Sequence record: NC_008289.1
Strand: one strand, 5' to 3'
Length of the DNA stretch: 32,000 nt
The notes beneath the pieces were generated by a model. That model did not search any database. It was given only the letters and a program-made list of their open reading frames with translations, and was not told the origin of the DNA. Below are positions 22,720-32,000 of the stretch, piece by piece; positions within the stretch are counted from its first letter, which is position 1, and every line of letters starts with the position of its first letter. Position numbers and translations under genes: made by a program.

Positions 22720-22848
22720 ATGAAAAATTTTCAAATTTATCTTTCAACTGCGCCTGTACTTGCAGCTGTTTGGTTCACGGTACTTGCTGGTATCTTAATT
22801 GAATTAAACCGTTTCTTCCCAGACGCGCTCTCTTTCCCTTTAACGTAA
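22720..22848 (+). CDS. psaJ: Photosystem I subunit IX
   Basis: 42-aa [45 protein letters not shown]. The PsaJ signature is YLS.APV......LAG.LIE.NRFFPD.L. Confidence 0.94.
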   Translation: MKNFQIYLSTAPVLAAVWFTVLAGILIELNRFFPDALSFPLT

Positions 22849-22867
22849 AGAGACCTTAAAACTTTTG

Positions 22868-22908
22868 GTTTGGCAATATATGGATTTCATTTTACTGTAT
22901 TGCCAAAC
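22868..22908 (+). terminator. psaJ 3' hairpin
   Basis: gtttggcaata-(19-nt loop)-tattgccaaac, an 11-bp perfect stem 20 nt after the psaJ stop. Confidence 0.5.
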
Positions 22909-22923
22909 TTATTTAAAAACACC

Positions 22924-22953
22924 TTGACAGAGGGAATCAGTGTTCGCTATTGT
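22924..22953 (+). promoter_or_regulatory. Candidate sigma70-type promoter for trnF (and possibly rbcL)
   Basis: Perfect -35 ttgaca-18 nt-tattgt. The -10 ends 13 nt before trnF. Confidence 0.4.
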
Positions 22954-22966
22954 TATGAGTACGTAC

Positions 22967-23039
<73 letters not shown>

Positions 23040-23168
23040 AAAAATACTTTTGCAGCTTACCTCAAAATTTGTAAGGTATCCAATGCATATCTCATAAAGA
23101 TACTTTTATATCTTTCCACGAGTAGATTTAGAAATTATGGAAGCGTGTAATTCATCGACATAATTATT

Positions 23169-24596
23169 ATGGCACCACAAACTGAAACTAAAACTGGTAC
23201 TGGATTCCAGGCTGGAGTAAAAGACTACCGTTTAACATACTACACTCCTGACTACCAAGTTAAGGAAACTGACATTCTTGCTGCATTCCGTATGACTCCA
23301 CAACCAGGAGTTCCTGCTGAAGAGTGTGGAGCAGCTGTAGCAGCTGAGTCTTCAACTGGTACTTGGACAACTGTATGGACAGATGGTCTTACTCAACTTG
23401 ACCGTTACAAGGGACGTTGTTACGACCTTGAGCCGGTTCCTGGAGAAGACAACCAGTTCATCGCGTACGTTGCTTACCCACTCGACCTTTTCGAGGAAGG
23501 ATCAGTAACAAACCTTTTCACATCAATCGTAGGAAACGTATTCGGATTCAAGGCACTTCGTGCTCTCCGTTTAGAAGACCTTCGTATTCCTGTAGCATAC
23601 TGTAAGACTTTCCAGGGTGCTCCTCACGGAATTCAAACTGAGCGTGATAAGCTTAACAAGTACGGACGTGGACTTCTTGGATGTACTATTAAGCCTAAGC
23701 TTGGTCTTTCAGCTAAGAACTACGGACGTGCAGTATACGAGTGTCTTCGTGGTGGACTTGACTTCACGAAGGATGACGAGAACGTAAACTCACAGCCATT
23801 CATGCGTTGGCGTGACCGTTTCCTTTTCGTAGCTGAGGCTATCTACAAGTCTCAAGCTGAGACTGGTGAGATTAAGGGACACTACCTTAACGCAACAGCT
23901 GGAAACGTTGACCAGATGCTTAAGCGTGCTCAAGTAGCTAAGGAACTCGGAATGCCTATTATTATGCACGACTACCTTACTGCTGGATTCACAGCTAACA
24001 CAACTCTCGCTACTTACTGTCGTGAAGAAGGACTTCTCCTTCACATTCACCGTGCAATGCACGCAGTAATTGACCGTCAGCGTAACCACGGAATCCACTT
24101 CCGTGTACTTGCTAAGGCTCTCCGTCTTTCAGGTGGTGACCACCTTCACTCAGGAACTGTAGTAGGTAAGCTTGAGGGTGAGCGTAACGTAACTCTTGGT
24201 TTCGTAGACCTTATGCGTGATGCTTACGTTGAGAAGGACCGTGACCGTGGAATTTACTTCTCACAAGACTGGGCTTCTCTTCCAGGTGTAATGCCAGTAG
24301 CTTCTGGTGGTATTCACGTATGGCACATGCCAGCTCTCGTAGAGATCTTCGGAGATGACGCTTGTCTTCAGTTCGGTGGTGGAACTCTTGGACACCCATG
24401 GGGGAACGCTCCAGGTGCATCTGCTAACCGTGTAGCACTTGAGGCTTGTACTCAGGCTCGTAACGAAGGACGTGACCTCGCTCGTGAGGGTGGTGACGTA
24501 ATCCGTGCAGCTTGTAAGTGGTCTCCTGAGCTCGCAGCAGCTTGTGAAGTATGGAAAGAGATCAAGTTTGAGTTCGATACTGTTGATACTTTATAA
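23169..24596 (+). CDS. rbcL: RuBisCO large subunit (form IB, green type)
   Basis: 475-aa ORF: MAPQTETK...[55 protein letters not shown]. Confidence 0.99.
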   Translation: MAPQTETKTGTGFQAGVKDYRLTYYTPDYQVKETDILAAFRMTPQPGVPAEECGAAVAAESSTGTWTTVWTDGLTQLDRYKGRCYDLEPVPGEDNQFIAYVAYPLDLFEEGSVTNLFTSIVGNVFGFKALRALRLEDLRIPVAYCKTFQGAPHGIQTERDKLNKYGRGLLGCTIKPKLGLSAKNYGRAVYECLRGGLDFTKDDENVNSQPFMRWRDRFLFVAEAIYKSQAETGEIKGHYLNATAGNVDQMLKRAQVAKELGMPIIMHDYLTAGFTANTTLATYCREEGLLLHIHRAMHAVIDRQRNHGIHFRVLAKALRLSGGDHLHSGTVVGKLEGERNVTLGFVDLMRDAYVEKDRDRGIYFSQDWASLPGVMPVASGGIHVWHMPALVEIFGDDACLQFGGGTLGHPWGNAPGASANRVALEACTQARNEGRDLAREGGDVIRAACKWSPELAAACEVWKEIKFEFDTVDTL

Positions 24597-24679
24597 GGTG
24601 TCTTTCTCGAACTCTAGATAAGACATAGACGTTCAATAGACGTTTATTTCCTTTCTAGTGGTTGAACCTCATACTTATA

Positions 24680-24728
24680 CCTTCAAAGAAGAATTAAGAT
24701 CCAAAAGATTTTGGTTCTCCTTTGAAGG
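24680..24728 (+). terminator. Long imperfect hairpin between rbcL and petG
   Basis: ccttcaaagaagaa...ccaaaag/attttgg...ttctcctttgaagg. Outer 9-bp stem, one A-C mismatch, and an inner ccaaaa/ttttgg stem. Confidence 0.4.
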
Positions 24729-24752
24729 GAGACATAAAACAAATTTTTATTT

Positions 24753-24866
24753 ATGGTTGAAACACTTCTTTCAGGAATTGTTCTTGGCCTCATGCCGGTA
24801 ACCCTCGCAGGGTTATTCACAACTGCGTACCTTCAGTACCGACGTGGAGATCAATTAAATCTTTAA
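24753..24866 (+). CDS. petG: Cytochrome b6f subunit V
   Basis: 37-aa [40 protein letters not shown]. The PetG signature is [24 protein letters not shown]. Confidence 0.95.
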   Translation: MVETLLSGIVLGLMPVTLAGLFTTAYLQYRRGDQLNL

Positions 24867-25199
24867 TTATTCCTTGAACGTTTCAAGCCAACGACTTCAG
24901 ATGTTTGCTTCTAACTCAGTTCTAAGGTCAATGCATTGGGGCAAAAATGAATTTGTCCCAATTTACTATAAAAAAAATCCAAAGCTTCTAGTTTTTAAGC
25001 CGCAACATACAAAAAAAATAATTGAGCCCACTCTTTATAAAATAAAAACATAACTTTTTCTTCGTTTGATGGGTATTTCTTATTTTGCTCGGTATTTCTT
25101 CGTTTGTTGTTTCGACTTCAACTTTCATCTGTGCCTGTCCAGTTAAAAACGGCACGATATTTTTAAGAATCCAGAATACATATTTCTTTTTTTCGTTTG

Positions 25200-25228
25200 T
25201 TGTTTCGCGCATCGAAGGCTGGTATAAT
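25200..25228 (+). promoter_or_regulatory. Candidate sigma70-type (PEP) promoter of psbA, arm B
   Basis: ttgttt (25200-25205)-17 nt-tataat (25223-25228), preceded by tgg (extended -10). Implies a ~72-nt 5' UTR. Confidence 0.5.
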
Positions 25229-25271
25229 ACGTAGTAACAGATCAATTTTTTGGGCCTTGGTTCCATGGTGA

Positions 25272-26369
<1,098 letters not shown>

Positions 26370-26404
26370 TCAAGTCTTTTATGTTAGGGAACTAACATAG
26401 AGTT

Positions 26405-26428
26405 TATATACCCCTTCGGGGGTATATA
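26405..26428 (+). terminator. psbA 3' stem-loop, arm B
   Basis: tatatacccc-ttcg-ggggtatata; mirror of 1178..1201. Confidence 0.6.
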
Positions 26429-26776
26429 CGACAAGATAAAAATATAAAAAATAGACCTTTAAATCACAAGGAAATACTCAGAGTATAAGAATATACATGG
26501 TTTCAACTTGATCTGTACGGACAGTGTTTTAAGAAGCCACGCCAATCTGAACGGCCTCAAAACGAGTATGCATGGTAGAGCCCCTTGATTAAAGATGTCT
26601 GAAAGCGGTTTCATACTACTCTGAACAGTTAACTATGTTTATCTGTATAACTACCGGTTTAATACGTTTATGAACCGTATTTCGGGTACATTCACCTATT
26701 TAAGTGTTCTTCTTCTTTTATTTTATGTTTTTTTGTTCTATGAACAGTCTGTGCGTGAGCTTACAGAGTAGAAACT

Positions 26777-26824
26777 AAAAAAGGGAGAGAAGGTATCCAA
26801 TAAAGATACCTTCTCTCCCTTTTT
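26777..26824. terminator. 20-bp perfect hairpin 3' of the rrn operon, arm B
   Basis: Mirror of 782..829. Confidence 0.6.
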
Positions 26825-26843
26825 GTTGTAATAATTGAAATAA

Positions 26844-26961
26844 GTCTTGGCATCGACACGTTTTCACTATCAGTGGCCCGATAGCTATCTTAGTCTCAAA
26901 AACCTTTCACCACGCAGTTCTGATGGGATGCTGTGTTTCGATTGTGACGAAGACACCAAGA
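26844..26961 (-). rRNA. rrf: 5S rRNA (divergent), arm B
   Basis: Mirror of 645..762. Confidence 0.7.
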
Positions 26962-26977
26962 AAAAAAATAATAAATA

Positions 26978-29835
<2,858 letters not shown>

Positions 29836-29886
29836 TTGTTTTAAATAAAAGGTTCCACAATTCAGTCCTTCGAAAAGGAGTTTGGC

Positions 29887-29959
29887 TGGAGGTAAGCGGA
29901 CTCGAACCGCTGACGTCTGCCTTGCAAAGGCAGCGCTCTACCAACTGAGCTATACCCCC
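29887..29959 (-). tRNA. trnA(UGC): tRNA-Ala(UGC), no intron
   Basis: Reverse complement: gggggtatagctcagttggtagagcgctgcctTTGCAaggcagacgtcagcggttcgagtccgcttacctcca. Confidence 0.95.
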
Positions 29960-29965
29960 GTGCCA

Positions 29966-30039
<74 letters not shown>

Positions 30040-30113
30040 GTAGCCAGCGGCAATTACGCGCCGCTTCCGGCTTGGTCTTTTTTGAGAGCATCTCTACTCT
30101 CAAGATCTCATTA

Positions 30114-31609
<1,496 letters not shown>

Positions 31610-31723
31610 TGTTTTTGAATCTCATTCAAATTGAATGCTTCTGAGTATGAGTATACAATTGAGCCCAGACCAGCCCACGATGTCTGCCTCTTTCCGGACC
31701 ACAAATAAAAAAAACCAGGTCGA

Positions 31724-31748
31724 AAAATTCGACCTGGTATCAATGAGT
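31724..31748 (-). terminator. Intrinsic-terminator-like hairpin plus U-run between trnR and the 16S leader
   Basis: accaggtcgaa-aaa-ttcgacctggt, an 11-bp perfect stem. On the minus strand it is followed directly by ttttttttattt (31723..31712). Confidence 0.55.
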
Positions 31749-31795
31749 CTCTCAAAAAAGGGTTAATCTTTCGTAAGTTGATCAAGAATAAAATC

Positions 31796-31868
31796 GGACG
31801 AGGAGGGATTCGAACCCCCGACCTTCTAGTTCGTAGCCAGATACTCTATCCAACTAAGCTACACGTCC
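31796..31868 (-). tRNA. trnR(ACG): tRNA-Arg(ACG)
   Basis: Reverse complement: ggacgtg-ta-gctt-agttggata-gagt-a-tctgg-ctACGaa-ctaga-aggtc-ggggg-ttcgaat-ccctc-ctcgtcc. One U6-U67 acceptor mismatch. Confidence 0.9.
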
Positions 31869-31925
31869 TTGCACTGATACTAGCAAAATATTGGAAAGAT
31901 GTATAATAATATTTTTTTATAGTTA

Positions 31926-31962
31926 TAACGCCGCCTAACTTTTTATTAGTTAGGCGGCGTTA
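31926..31962. terminator. 14-bp perfect GC-rich hairpin in an AT-rich spacer; probably the 3' structure of a gene beyond the window end
   Basis: taacgccgcctaac-tttttatta-gttaggcggcgtta. Confidence 0.4.
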
Positions 31963-32000
31963 CAATTAAAGAATCAACTTAAACCTAATTTAGAAATAAA

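Overview
This window is a compact, intron-free green-lineage plastid (chloroplast) genome segment. I found no sign of a novel multi-gene system, mobile element, CRISPR array or foreign DNA.

Architecture:
- Part of one large inverted-repeat arm lies at 1..2636. It carries the 23S rRNA 3' end, 5S rRNA and psbA.
- A complete 22,333-bp single-copy region lies at 2637..24969.
- The other repeat arm starts at 24970. It carries psbA, 5S, 23S, trnA(UGC), trnI(GAU) and 16S, followed by trnR(ACG).

The single-copy region carries these genes, in order:
- psbZ and a tRNA(CAU).
- A ribosomal-protein/rpoA cluster: rpl23-rpl2-rps19-rps3-rpl16-rpl14-rpl5-rps8-infA-rps11-rpoA-rps9.
- trnL(GAG)-trnY-trnL(UAA), then atpI-atpH-atpF-atpA, rps14, trnQ and petA.
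- psaA-psaB on the minus strand.
- trnD, psaI-ycf12-psaM, trnP-trnW-trnS(GCU), rpl20, trnS(UGA), psbK-psbI-psaJ, trnF, rbcL and petG.

Seven of these genes (psaI, ycf12, psaM, psbK, psbI, psaJ, petG) are shorter than the ORF-track cutoff. I found them by reading the spacers.

Gene content points to a chlorophyte:
- rbcL is form IB.
- rpl5, infA, psaM and ycf12 are present.
- atpD, atpG and rpl22 are absent from their ancestral positions.
- psbA sits in the repeat next to a gene-rich small single-copy region. From memory, this resembles the Mamiellophyceae (Ostreococcus/Micromonas/Bathycoccus) plastome type. That needs a database search to confirm.

Most noteworthy observations:
- The two repeat copies differ by a 1-nt indel inside 23S rRNA.
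- An ORF-free, relatively GC-rich ~350-nt spacer lies between the converging rrn operon and psbA.
- A doubtful 81-codon hydrophobic ORF lies between petA and psaB.
- Short exact direct repeats overlap the putative psbA promoter.
- A tRNA-Leu carries an unusual GAG anticodon.
- Sigma70-type promoters and perfect 3' hairpins recur around transcription units.

RNA gene ends were set by eye and are good to about +/-5-10 nt.
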